From Betaproteobacteria bacterium HGW-Betaproteobacteria-6 (GTDB lineage: Bacteria; Pseudomonadota; Gammaproteobacteria; Burkholderiales; Rhodocyclaceae): 64,000 nt of DNA. Position 1 is the first letter of the stretch; each line of letters opens with the position of its first letter. The notes below the pieces were generated by a model, which saw only the letters and a program-made list of their open reading frames with translations, did no database searches and was not told the origin of the DNA. The stretch is taken from assembly GCA_002842145.1 (NCBI GenBank), contig PHCF01000006.1:3983-67982 (forward strand), in the 5' to 3' direction. The position numbers and the translations under genes were made by a program. Below are positions 1 through 8,828 of the stretch, in pieces.

Positions 1-15
1 ATTGATCTTCGGCAG

Positions 16-1215
16 TTGGTGATGACCATCGCCAACACCATCGATCTGGTGGGTGTGGACGATGTCATGCACGGTCGCCGGGTCGGCATGCTGGCCCGCG
101 AGATGGCCATCCGCATGGGGTGGAGCGAGGCCGATCAGCTGACCCTTTACGATGCCGGCCTGCTGCATGATTGCGGCGTCTCATCGACGCGGGTGCACCA
201 TCGTCTGGTCGTCGATCTCGAATGGGATGGCGCCCAAGAACACTGCATTCGCGGCGACGAATTGCTCGCCAATTTTCCGCCACTGGCCCATCTGGCCCCA
301 ATCATCCGCTATCACCACAGCGCCTGGGAATGGCTGGCAACGCAGAGCCTGGCGGGTGATACGGCACGTTTCGCCAACCTGATCTACCTCGCCGACCGCA
401 TCGATGTCCTGGCTGCGCCCTACCACGCCGACCAGAGCGTGCTGTCGCACGCTGACGAAATTCGCGCCCGTCTGGCCTCGGCGCGCGGACGCCTCTTTTC
501 GCCCGAGCTGGTCGACGTCTTCGAGCTGATTTCGCAGGAAGAGGCTTTCTGGCTGGCCCTGCAGCCAGAGTGGGTGCAGCAATATCAGGTCGAGATGGAG
601 TCGCACGGCGATCTGAAGATGATCGGCTGGGCCGAGTTCAAGCAGTGTGCCACCATTTTTTCGCGCATCATTGACGCCAAATCGCCTTACACAGAGCAGC
701 ATTCGCAAGGGGTTGCGCGGCTGTCGCGCCACCTTGCCAAACGATTCGGGCTTGATGCTATCACCTGCGAAAAGATCGAAGTGGCCGGTTTGCTGCACGA
801 CATCGGGAAGCTGCAGATTCCCGACGAGATCATCGAGGGTGAAAGTGCCCTGACGGCGCATGAGTTCGACATCATGAAGAGCCACAGCTACGGGACGCTG
901 CAAGTGCTCAAGCGTCTCCATGCCATTGCGGAGATTGCCCGCTGGGCCTCGTTGCATCACGAAACACCGGACGGCCACGGCTATCCTTTCCACATCGGTG
1001 GCGCCGCGCTGCCCATCGAGGCGCGCATCATCAATGTGGCTGACATTTTCCAGGCGCTGGCGCAGAACCGTCCTTATCGCAAATCAATGACACCGGACAA
1101 GATATTGGCCATCCTTCAAGAGCGCGCCGATCTCGGACGCGCCGATCCGGGCATCGTCGGCCTGGTTGCCGAAGATCTGGCCGAATGCTACCGGGTCGCC
1201 GTCTGTCTCGATTGA
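16..1215 (+). CDS. HD-GYP domain protein (tandem HD domains; putative c-di-GMP phosphodiesterase/signalling protein); 5' end may lie outside window
   Basis: Translation shows a degenerate first HD domain (LLHDCG) and a canonical second one (LLHDIGK ... LHHETPDGHGYPF). The frame is open back to base 1. Confidence 0.8.
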   Translation: MVMTIANTIDLVGVDDVMHGRRVGMLAREMAIRMGWSEADQLTLYDAGLLHDCGVSSTRVHHRLVVDLEWDGAQEHCIRGDELLANFPPLAHLAPIIRYHHSAWEWLATQSLAGDTARFANLIYLADRIDVLAAPYHADQSVLSHADEIRARLASARGRLFSPELVDVFELISQEEAFWLALQPEWVQQYQVEMESHGDLKMIGWAEFKQCATIFSRIIDAKSPYTEQHSQGVARLSRHLAKRFGLDAITCEKIEVAGLLHDIGKLQIPDEIIEGESALTAHEFDIMKSHSYGTLQVLKRLHAIAEIARWASLHHETPDGHGYPFHIGGAALPIEARIINVADIFQALAQNRPYRKSMTPDKILAILQERADLGRADPGIVGLVAEDLAECYRVAVCLD

Positions 1216-1235
1216 CCCTTGGCGCTGCCGGGAGA

Positions 1236-2030
1236 ATGTCCGTGATACTTCGTATTCTTTGCCTGCTGGCCTGCCTGTTCAGCACCTCGCTGTGGGCCCA
1301 GCAGTTGGAAGTCATCGAGCTCAGGAGCAAGAACGTTGACGAGGTGCTGCCGGTTCTGTTGCCGCTGGTCGAACCAGGCGGTACGCTGACCGGCATGAAC
1401 AACCAGTTGTTTCTCAAGGCCTCGCCGCGCAACCGGGCCGACATCAAGCGGGCGTTGGCAGCCATCGACAAACCGGCCCGGCGCTTGATCATCCGCGTTT
1501 CGCAAAACCGACAGGCAGAGCAGAATGCACGGGGTGCCGAGGCGAGCGGCCAGGTTGTCCTCGGCGGTACCCGGCGCAGCCATGTAGAAGCCAGTGTCTG
1601 GGACACCAAGAGAGTGCGCGGCGAAAGCGCGGCGCAGATGGTGCAGACCGTTGAAGGAGGCCAGGCTTTCATCCAGGTTGGTCGTTCGCTGCCCATCCCG
1701 ATGCGCCAGGTTTTCATTGGCCCCGGCGGCGCAGTGATCAATGAAAATGTCGTCTATCAGGATGTCGGCCGCGGCTTCTATGCGGTGCCACGGGTGAACG
1801 GCAACCGGGTCACACTCGACATCAGCCAGCAGGCAGCCAGTCAGGGCGGCTATGGCAGCATCAACAACCAGCGCCTGTCGACGACCGTTTCCGGGCGTCT
1901 CGGCGAATGGATAGAGCTCGGCGGCAGCGGTCGCCAGGCCAGCGGCAATCAGGGCGGCGCGCTCAGTCTTTCAACCAGCGACGCGCGTGACAATCGCTCC
2001 CTATGGCTGATGGTAGAGGAAGTCGAGTGA
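1236..2030 (+). CDS. Exported secretin N-domain (NolW-like) / truncated secretin-like protein
   Basis: ATG at 1236 follows GGAG. N-terminus looks like a signal peptide (ILRILCLLACLFSTSLWA). It is followed by LEVIELRSKNVDEVLPVLLPLV...LFLKASPRNRADIKRAL, typical of secretin N domains. No full C-terminal secretin pore domain. Confidence 0.55.
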   Translation: MSVILRILCLLACLFSTSLWAQQLEVIELRSKNVDEVLPVLLPLVEPGGTLTGMNNQLFLKASPRNRADIKRALAAIDKPARRLIIRVSQNRQAEQNARGAEASGQVVLGGTRRSHVEASVWDTKRVRGESAAQMVQTVEGGQAFIQVGRSLPIPMRQVFIGPGGAVINENVVYQDVGRGFYAVPRVNGNRVTLDISQQAASQGGYGSINNQRLSTTVSGRLGEWIELGGSGRQASGNQGGALSLSTSDARDNRSLWLMVEEVE

Positions 2031-2272
2031 GCGAACTGAAACGACATATCGGGCAAAAGGTGGCGCTGGCTACCGCGGTTTTTTGCGCCCTGCTGGCCTT
2101 GCCGGCTTTTGGCCTGTTCATCTGGCTGTGGATGGAGCGTGGGCTGGCCGACAGCTGGGTACCGAGCGCCCTGGCCACGGTCGGCTTTCTTGGCGCCTGT
2201 GCAGTCGTGCTCTACGTTACCAGCCGCCCGCAACCGCCGCTACCGGCCGAGGATGCCTCGGCTGACAGCTGA
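2027..2272 (+). CDS. Small two-TM membrane protein, hypothetical
   Basis: GTG at 2027 overlaps the upstream stop (GTGA) and follows GAGGAAG. Two hydrophobic segments (VALATAVFCALLALPAFGLFIWLW; ALATVGFLGACAVVLYV). An in-frame ATG at 2003 is the alternative start. Confidence 0.4.
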   Translation: MSELKRHIGQKVALATAVFCALLALPAFGLFIWLWMERGLADSWVPSALATVGFLGACAVVLYVTSRPQPPLPAEDASADS

Positions 2273-2290
2273 GCCGGACGGTCCGTCCTT

Positions 2291-3223
2291 TCAGGCAATC
2301 AGGCGAGCAATCAACGTGCTGTCGGCGATGCCGGTGGCGGGCAGGCCTGTCTTTGTCTGATATTGCTTGAGCAGATTGGCGCTGGTTTGCCCGAAAATGC
2401 CGTCGGCCTTGATCGGGACACCTTGTTCGGATAGACCCAATTGCACGAGACGGACATCGAGGCCGCGGGCCAGCGGACTTTGCAGCACGATGCTGCGGGT
2501 GCAGGGTTGCGGGCCGTCGTAGCAACCGGGTGGTGTGGCTCGCAGGGTGCTCGGCGAGATCTCGGCTCCGCGAATGACGAGCGGCAGTTCCAGCCCCCAG
2601 TAGCCTTGTTCGATCAGCCGCTGGAAGGCATCCATCCGGTAAGCCGTCTTGCGCAAGTCGCTGCGCGGATGGCTGGTTAGCCAGGCACGTCGGGTCGCAA
2701 CGTAGGCCGTCACCCACTTTTTTTCGCCAAGGGCTGAGAGGCTGCCGGACTGGGCCATGGTGCGGTCACGCATGGCTTTCCAGGAGCCGTGCACGGTGCT
2801 GTCGTAGACTACCGCCGTGCCGAGGGCCGAGGTGATGCCAAGGTTGGCGGCGATGCGGGCGGCTGTCTGCCAGTAAACCTCGTCGAAAAATTGATCCTGG
2901 GTTTCACGCATAACGGGGTCGTCTGCCGTCGCGCGGAGCAGGTTATGCAGACGGAGCTCGTTGTCCAGACTCACATCCATGGCTTCTAAACGTGGCAGCC
3001 AGGGAGACAGCCGCGGCCCGAAACGGGCACCGTCGTTGTTGCAGTAGCGCTGCAGCAGGTTGAGCAGATTACCCGAGGCGAGCGTGGTTTGTGAACGGCC
3101 GAAAGTGAGGTGGCCGGTATCGCCGGGAATGACAGTGACGCTGCCGTAATCGCCAAGCACGACACCGGTTTCAAACAGATTGACGATCGATTGTGCCGTC
3201 TGCTTCTGAGTTGGGGTCAGCAT
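2291..3223 (-). CDS. GH46 (chitosanase/lysozyme-like fold) domain protein with C-terminal peptidoglycan-binding domain
   Basis: ATG at 3223 preceded by AGGAG. N-terminal region QSIVNLFETG...GHLTFGRSQTTLASGNLLNLLQRY resembles GH46. C-terminus LVQLGLSEQGVPIKADGIFGQTSANLLKQYQTKTGLPATGIADSTLIARL is a PG_binding_1-type repeat. Confidence 0.6.
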   Translation of the reverse strand: MLTPTQKQTAQSIVNLFETGVVLGDYGSVTVIPGDTGHLTFGRSQTTLASGNLLNLLQRYCNNDGARFGPRLSPWLPRLEAMDVSLDNELRLHNLLRATADDPVMRETQDQFFDEVYWQTAARIAANLGITSALGTAVVYDSTVHGSWKAMRDRTMAQSGSLSALGEKKWVTAYVATRRAWLTSHPRSDLRKTAYRMDAFQRLIEQGYWGLELPLVIRGAEISPSTLRATPPGCYDGPQPCTRSIVLQSPLARGLDVRLVQLGLSEQGVPIKADGIFGQTSANLLKQYQTKTGLPATGIADSTLIARLIA

Positions 3224-3325
3224 GGTTCCACTCCTTTCGTCCGGATTGGTCAGTTGATTATTTTTGAACCTCCGGATCAGCATAGCACCATGGCATGTTT
3301 TTGACTGCCTCAGAATCTTTTCAGA

Positions 3326-4501
3326 TCAATTGCTTGTCAGCCCCGGTTTCGCGCAAGCGGCGCGGATGATGCGTTCGGTTTTGAGATCGTCGAGTTCGGC
3401 ATGTCCGCCGAGGGCTGCGTTGCCATGGTCGCGCAGAGCCTGCATGACGCGACTGGCGGCATCGGGGTCGCGGACATCGGTGTCGGATAGATGGACCGGC
3501 ATGTTCAGGCTGCGATAGAAGGTTTCGATTGCATCGATGGTCTCCTCGGCGCTGGGCTGGCTCAGATTGAAGACGTTGCGGCCCATCTGCTCCAGTTTGG
3601 CCCGCTTGGCTTCGATCGTCTCGCGCAACAGCCAGGGCTGGATGATTGCCAAGGTGCGGCCGTGGTCGATACCGTACAGGGCGGTTAGCTCGACGGCCAT
3701 GCGGTGCGTTGCCCAGTCCACCGGAACGCCGAGGCCGATAATGCCGCACAGCGCCTGATTGGCCGACCACATCATGTTTTGCCGCCACGTGGTTTCGTGG
3801 CGCTGGGCGAAGCTGTCGGCCAACGTCTTCAGAGCCTTCATCACGGCTTCGGCATAGCCGTCCTGGACGAGGGCGCCGACCGGGTAGGTCAGATATTGCT
3901 CGCAGACATGGACGAAGGCATCGACCAGGCCGTTTTCCAACTGGCGATCGGGCAGGCTGGCCATCACGTCCGGGTTGAGAATGGCGAAACGTGGCCGAGC
4001 CGGCGGCACGAAGAAAACGCGCTTTTCATGCGTCGCCTTGCGGGTGACGACGGCGCCGGCATTCGATTCCGAGCCGGTGGCCGGTAGCGTCAGCACGACG
4101 CCGACCGGCAGGGCTTGCTGCGGTACGTGCTTGCCGCTGACGATATCCCAGCCGTCCCCGTCGTAGAGTGCGGCACAGGCGACGTACTTGGCACCGTCAG
4201 CGACCGATCCGCCGCCAACGCCGAGAATGAATTCGATTTTTTGCTCTTTTATCAGGTTGACCGTAGCAGTCAGTGTTTCGAGCGTCGGGTTGGGCTCGAC
4301 GCCGCCAAATTCGACCACGGTGTGCCCGGCCAGCGCCGCAACTACCTGGGCGTGGACGCCGTTTTGCTTGATCGAACCGCCGCCGTAAAGCAGCAGCACC
4401 TTGGCCTCGCGCGGAATCAGGTCGGCCAGTTTGGCAAAGCTGTTCGGGCCGAAGTGGATTTGCGTCGGGTTGTGGTAGCTGAACTCGAAAATGTGCGGCA
4501 T
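3326..4501 (-). CDS. yqhD: Iron-containing, YqhD-like NADPH aldehyde reductase/alcohol dehydrogenase
   Basis: From MPHIFEFSYHNPTQIHFG the protein is collinear with recalled E. coli YqhD (GGGSxxD, LTLPATGSESNAGAV, DAFVHxxEQY, DWATHxxxxELTA). The upstream part of the track ORF is discarded. Confidence 0.85.
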   Translation of the reverse strand: MPHIFEFSYHNPTQIHFGPNSFAKLADLIPREAKVLLLYGGGSIKQNGVHAQVVAALAGHTVVEFGGVEPNPTLETLTATVNLIKEQKIEFILGVGGGSVADGAKYVACAALYDGDGWDIVSGKHVPQQALPVGVVLTLPATGSESNAGAVVTRKATHEKRVFFVPPARPRFAILNPDVMASLPDRQLENGLVDAFVHVCEQYLTYPVGALVQDGYAEAVMKALKTLADSFAQRHETTWRQNMMWSANQALCGIIGLGVPVDWATHRMAVELTALYGIDHGRTLAIIQPWLLRETIEAKRAKLEQMGRNVFNLSQPSAEETIDAIETFYRSLNMPVHLSDTDVRDPDAASRVMQALRDHGNAALGGHAELDDLKTERIIRAACAKPGLTSN

Positions 4502-4535
4502 TGCTTGTCTCCTTGGTTGCGCGGCGAACGGCGGC

Positions 4536-5537
4536 TTATTGTGTGAAAAAACTGGCGGTGATTTCAAGTGAACGCAGGCGCAGGGCCGGGTCGAAGACAT
4601 CGCTGACCAGGATCATTTCATCAGCTTTGGTCGCCTCTTTGAGTGCCAGCAGGCCATCGCGTACTGTATCAGGCCCGCCGATGACGGCGGCACCGAGAAA
4701 GTCGGCGATGCCCGAACGTTCCTGCGGATGCAGGCTGCTCAGGTAGTCGGCAATCGGCGGCGGCAGGCAGCGGCGGTCGCCGCGCAGGATGCCGAGAACG
4801 CGTTGGTAGGTGCTACTGGCCAGAAACTCGGCTTCGTCGTCGGTCGGTGCGGCAATGACCGGCACGCCGATCATTATGTAGGGTTTGTCGAGTTTGGCCG
4901 AGGGGCGGAAATTGTGTCGGTAGATGTCGATGGCCGGTAACAGCATGGCCGGTGCGAAATGCGAGGCGAAGGAGTAGGGCAGGCCGCGCTCGGCGGCCAG
5001 ACGAGCAGAAAAAAGACTTGAGCCAAGGAGCCAGATCGGCACTTCGGTGCCGTTGCCGGGTACGGCAACGACCATCTGCTCGGGCAAACGGGGGCCGAGC
5101 AGTTGCTGCAGTTCGCTGACGGCGCGCGGGAAATCGGCTTCCGTTTCGATGCGGTCGCGGCGTAGCGCACGCATCGTCATCTGGTCGGTGCCCGGGGCGC
5201 GACCGAGGCCGAGATCAATTCGGCCGGGATAGAGCTCGGCCAGCGTGCCGAAGGCTTCGGCGACGACCAGCGGCGCGTGGTTGGGCAGCATGATGCCGCC
5301 TGAACCGACGCGAATGCGGCTGGTCGCCCCGGCAATGTAGCCGACCAGCACGGCCGTGGCCGAACTGGCGATACCCGGCATGTTGTGGTGTTCGGCCAGC
5401 CAGTAGCGGGTGAAGCCGAGCTTCTCGACATGGAGGGCGGTATCGCGAGCGATGGCCAGCCCCTCGGCCGTCGTACCGCCTTCGCGGATGGCGACGAGGT
5501 CGAGCATCGAAAGTTTGGTGTCGTGCAGGGTACTCAT
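4536..5537 (-). CDS. LLM-class (luciferase-like) flavin-dependent oxidoreductase
   Basis: N-terminus [22 protein letters not shown]...[20 protein letters not shown] is typical of the YhbW/LLM family. Its start overlaps the upstream stop (ATGA). Confidence 0.85.
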   Translation of the reverse strand: MSTLHDTKLSMLDLVAIREGGTTAEGLAIARDTALHVEKLGFTRYWLAEHHNMPGIASSATAVLVGYIAGATSRIRVGSGGIMLPNHAPLVVAEAFGTLAELYPGRIDLGLGRAPGTDQMTMRALRRDRIETEADFPRAVSELQQLLGPRLPEQMVVAVPGNGTEVPIWLLGSSLFSARLAAERGLPYSFASHFAPAMLLPAIDIYRHNFRPSAKLDKPYIMIGVPVIAAPTDDEAEFLASSTYQRVLGILRGDRRCLPPPIADYLSSLHPQERSGIADFLGAAVIGGPDTVRDGLLALKEATKADEMILVSDVFDPALRLRSLEITASFFTQ

Positions 5538-6448
5538 GCCGCCTCCTGAATTTGTTTGGACGGATCGCGCCGGCTCGCCGCCCAGCCGAGCAGGGAGAGC
5601 AGGGCCAGGCCACTGCCGATCAGCACGATGCCGGCGATTTCACTGGTCTTGAAGGCCTCGCCGAAGATCAGGCGCGACGAAAGAATGGCCACCACGGGCG
5701 TGCCGAGTACCGACAGGCTGGCCTCCCAGGCCGGCACGCGGTCGAGAATGTAGATCCATAGCCACCAGCACATGGCCGTGCTGCCGATCGACATGAAAAT
5801 CAGGATGCCGACGTAACTGCCAGTCCATTCGGTCGGGTGCTCGGGCACGATGAAGGCGAGGAGGACGAGCGGCACGGCACCGATGATCATCTGCCAGGTG
5901 GTCAGGGTTAGCAGGTCGACCGGCGTCTTGCCGCGCAGGCGCTTGATCAGGATCGTCCCGGTCGCCCAGCACAGCGCCGCCATGAGGCCGAGGAATTTGC
6001 TGAACAGGCTGGCATGCATGTCCCACGGTTCGATGATGAGGATCAGACCACCCAGTGTGCTCGCCGCGGCCAGCCACTGCTTGCCGCGCACGCGCTCTCC
6101 GAGAATCGGCCAGGCGAGCAGGAGCGTCCAGATCGGCATGGTGAAAATAAGTACCGCCGTCTTGCCCGGGCCGCCTTCGACCAGCGCCCAGGTCTGGAAA
6201 ATCATGAAGCCCGACACTTGCGCCAGGCCGATGGCGACGGTCTGACGCGGGGCGACGAGTTTCAGCGAATGGCCGCTCAGCTTGACGGCAATGATCAGTG
6301 CCAGGGCGGCGCCGACGCAACGCTCGGCGGCAAAGGCAAAGGGGGGCGCGTAGGCCAGACCCTGCTTGGCGAGAACCCAGGTGTAGCCCCAGGTCAGCGA
6401 GAGGACGATCAAGGCCAGTGCGGGTAGCCAGCGGCGGTATTCGGACAT
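5534..6448 (-). CDS. DMT/EamA family transporter
   Basis: About 10 hydrophobic helices from [25 protein letters not shown]. The N-terminal extension in the track ORF overlaps nemA and is rejected. Confidence 0.8.
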   Translation of the reverse strand: MSEYRRWLPALALIVLSLTWGYTWVLAKQGLAYAPPFAFAAERCVGAALALIIAVKLSGHSLKLVAPRQTVAIGLAQVSGFMIFQTWALVEGGPGKTAVLIFTMPIWTLLLAWPILGERVRGKQWLAAASTLGGLILIIEPWDMHASLFSKFLGLMAALCWATGTILIKRLRGKTPVDLLTLTTWQMIIGAVPLVLLAFIVPEHPTEWTGSYVGILIFMSIGSTAMCWWLWIYILDRVPAWEASLSVLGTPVVAILSSRLIFGEAFKTSEIAGIVLIGSGLALLSLLGWAASRRDPSKQIQEAA

Positions 6449-6512
6449 GATTTCTCCGGGAAAGTCGGCCCCGGCCGGCGGCTGGCCGGTCCGGGTGCGA
6501 GTTAGTTGATAA

Positions 6513-7595
6513 TCAGGCCGCCAGCGCCGGGTAGTCGGTGTAACCCTCGGCCCCGCCGCCATACAGCTTGTCGGCCTGCAGTTCGTTCAGCGGCAGGTTG
6601 TCCTTCAGGCGGCGGACGAGGTCCGGCGTGCTGATGAACGGCCGGCCAAAGGCGATCAACTGGGCCTTGCCGGCTGCGACATTCTCGATGGCCAGGTCAC
6701 GCGAATAGCCGTTGTTGAGCATCCAGGCACCGGGGAAGGCGCGATGCAGGGCTTCGTAGTCGAAAGCCTTGCCCTCAGGCGTGCGCGTGCCGCCGGTTTC
6801 GCCTTCGATCACGTGCAGATAGGCCAGGCCGAACGGTGCCAACTGCTCGACAACATAGCCGTAGAGCGCCTGCGGATTGCTGTCGAGCGGTGCCGTGAAA
6901 GTTGTCATCGGGCTCAGGCGGATACCGGTGCGGCCGGCGCCAATTTCCTTGGTGATCGCTTCGACGACTTCAAGCGGCAGGCGGGCGCGGTTGGCGATGC
7001 TGCCGCCGTACGGGCCGCTGCGGTCATTGACGCTATCGCGCAGGAACTGCTCAATCAGGTAGGTGTTGGCGGCATGCAGCTCGACGCCGTCGAAACCAGC
7101 CTCTATGGCGTTGCGCGCGGCGCGGCGGTAATCCTCGATGAGGCCCGGGATTTCGTCGTCGCGCAGGGCGCGCGGGGTGGAAACGGGAACGAAGCCATCC
7201 TTGGTAAAGGTCGAAGCGTTTGCCACCCGGTTGGTCGATGAAACCGGGGCAGCACCATCCGGCAGCAGCGAGGTGTGCGAAATGCGCCCGACGTGCCACA
7301 GTTGCAGCACGATCTTGCCGCCGGCCGCATGCACGGCGTCGGTTACCTGGCGCCAGCCGGCGATCTGTTCCGGGCTGTAGATGCCCGGGGTGTCGAGGTA
7401 GCCCTGGGCCATCGGGCTGATCTGGCTGGCCTCGGCGATGATCAGGCCGGCCGTGGCGCGCTGGCGGTAATACTCGACGGTCAGCGGGCCGGCAACATTG
7501 CCGGCGATGGCGCGGTTGCGTGTCAGCGGCGCCATGACGATGCGGTTGGCGAGGGCGATGTCGCCGACTTGGATGGGATCGAACAGGGTAGTCAT
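6513..7595 (-). CDS. nemA: Old Yellow Enzyme family alkene/N-ethylmaleimide reductase
   Basis: MTTLFDPIQVGDIALANRIVMAPLTRNRA...HAANTYLIEQFL...FGRPFISTPDL are hallmark OYE motifs. It sits downstream of a NemR-like repressor and operator. Confidence 0.9.
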   Translation of the reverse strand: MTTLFDPIQVGDIALANRIVMAPLTRNRAIAGNVAGPLTVEYYRQRATAGLIIAEASQISPMAQGYLDTPGIYSPEQIAGWRQVTDAVHAAGGKIVLQLWHVGRISHTSLLPDGAAPVSSTNRVANASTFTKDGFVPVSTPRALRDDEIPGLIEDYRRAARNAIEAGFDGVELHAANTYLIEQFLRDSVNDRSGPYGGSIANRARLPLEVVEAITKEIGAGRTGIRLSPMTTFTAPLDSNPQALYGYVVEQLAPFGLAYLHVIEGETGGTRTPEGKAFDYEALHRAFPGAWMLNNGYSRDLAIENVAAGKAQLIAFGRPFISTPDLVRRLKDNLPLNELQADKLYGGGAEGYTDYPALAA

Positions 7596-7627
7596 GGTGA
7601 GTCTCCTGGATGGTAGAGAGTGAAAAT

Positions 7628-7642
7628 TAGACCGGTCGTCTA
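7628..7642. promoter_or_regulatory. Putative NemR/TetR operator TAGACCGGTCGTCTA (TAGAC-N5-GTCTA palindrome) upstream of nemA
   Basis: Perfect 5-bp inverted repeat 33 nt upstream of the nemA ATG. A near-identical copy lies at 8310-8324. Confidence 0.55.
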
Positions 7643-7651
7643 TGAAATTCA

Positions 7652-7681
7652 GTTAAAAATAGGCCGCAACAGCGTGCGGCC
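7652..7681 (-). terminator. Rho-independent terminator after the TetR/NemR gene
   Basis: Stem GGCCGCA/TGCGGCC (7662-7681) with a 6-nt loop, followed on the minus strand by TATTTTTA. Confidence 0.6.
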
Positions 7682-7702
7682 GGTAATCGGATGTTCAATG
7701 AG

Positions 7703-8287
7703 TCAAGGCGTCAGCAACTGCCTGGTAAAGCGCATGGCGTTTTCGAGGGACTGGCTGTTGCGGTGCAGCTTGCCGAGCAGGCTGGCGCCCAGCCAGAGCT
7801 GGTAAAGCAACTGCGCGGTCGGCCGCGCATCGAGGGCAGGCAGCGAGCCATCGGCGACGCCGGTTTCGATGGCTCCGGCGATGCGATCCACAATGCGGTC
7901 GGTGCCGTCGCGCAGGGTCAGGCGCATGGCATCCGACAGATCGGAAACCTCGGCAGCGAGTTTGACGACCAGGCATTTCTGCTCCGAGCATTCCGTGCAC
8001 TGCTTGTCCACCCAGCGCTGCCAGTAGCGCATCAGACGTTCGTGGCCTGACGCCGCTTCAAGCGCAAACAGGCTGTCGATATCGGCCAGATAACGCTCGA
8101 AGTAGTCCTCAAGGAGCGCCTTGCCGTAGTCTTCCTTCGATTCGAAATAGTGATAGAACGACCCCTTCGGTACGCCGGCAGCCTTCAGTAATTCATTCAA
8201 ACCCACGCTGGCAAAGCCCTTCCCGGCAAAAATGCCGAGACCTGTGTCAAGAATGTGCTGGCGCGTGTTGTCGTGACGAGTGTTCAT
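7703..8287 (-). CDS. nemR: TetR-family repressor, NemR-like (electrophile/HOCl-sensing type)
   Basis: VPKGSFYHYFESKE, KCLVVKLAAEVSDLSDAMR and LLYQLWLGASLLGKLHR...LENA are collinear with recalled E. coli NemR, including the Cys in the GCLTVKLSAEV position. Start taken at ATG 8287; the track start at 8305 is a TTG. Confidence 0.85.
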   Translation of the reverse strand: MNTRHDNTRQHILDTGLGIFAGKGFASVGLNELLKAAGVPKGSFYHYFESKEDYGKALLEDYFERYLADIDSLFALEAASGHERLMRYWQRWVDKQCTECSEQKCLVVKLAAEVSDLSDAMRLTLRDGTDRIVDRIAGAIETGVADGSLPALDARPTAQLLYQLWLGASLLGKLHRNSQSLENAMRFTRQLLTP

Positions 8288-8309
8288 GGGGTAGGAGTTT
8301 GTCAAAAAA

Positions 8310-8324
8310 TAGACCAGTCGTCTA
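8310..8324. promoter_or_regulatory. Second operator copy TAGACCAGTCGTCTA, upstream of nemR (autoregulation)
   Basis: Matches the 7628-7642 site at 14 of 15 positions. Lies 23 nt upstream of ATG 8287. Confidence 0.55.
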
Positions 8325-8417
8325 GTATTTTTTGTACGCCTTGCGGGTTAGCTCGTTGGTGATTCTGTTAAATACCCCTGATGCGAATTCCGGGAAGCCT
8401 TTAGCTTTCCGAGAAGG

Positions 8418-8693
8418 CTAATCAGCGCGCAGTGGTATTCCAAAGTCACTTTCCATGTTTGATAATTGTGTGAGTATTTTGCTCACATGCCGTAGTGCTA
8501 CAGAACCGGCAATCGTTGGAGTTAGACCGCGGGCTCGCCGTATAAATAGCAAAACATTTAACGTCGATTCAACCTGTGAAAGGCGAACACTGGCCGAAGA
8601 AGGAGAGAGCCCAATTTTTGCGGCAGCTTGGGTTAAGGTGCCACATTCGGCAATTGCCTGGACTAATTTCAAATCAATCAAATCGTAGCTCAT
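8418..8693 (-). pseudogene. LysR-family regulator fragment (HTH domain only, about 90 aa)
   Basis: MSYDLIDLKLVQAIAECGTLTQAAAKIGLSPSSASVRLSQVESTLNVLLFIRRARGLTPT is a LysR wHTH. There is no effector-binding domain, and it lies in an AT-richer patch at the block boundary. Confidence 0.6.
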
Positions 8694-8828
8694 GAGCGCC
8701 TGACTGATGACTTATCGGTTGGTCCCGAAAAAGAACCAAGAAAAACCCTCCCCAATTTCTTGGGGAGGGAAAAATGCACGTCCCGGGGGAAGTAGTGCAA
8801 AGGAGGCTGCAATACCCTATCGATGGAT

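Noticed and set aside
4255-4266. Weak relatives of the dispersed motif: GGTTGACCGTAG with a T-rich 5' flank in yqhD (4255-4266); (rc) TTTTTTTGCTGTTGACCGTA in tcuB (14642-14661); TTTTCCGCGTTGACCGTGGCA in recJ (51564-51584); TTTTTTCCGGCTGATGTAACC at 39680-39699.
   Set aside because: Only 10-14 matching positions each. They could be decayed copies or chance, so they were not counted among the seven copies used for the claim.
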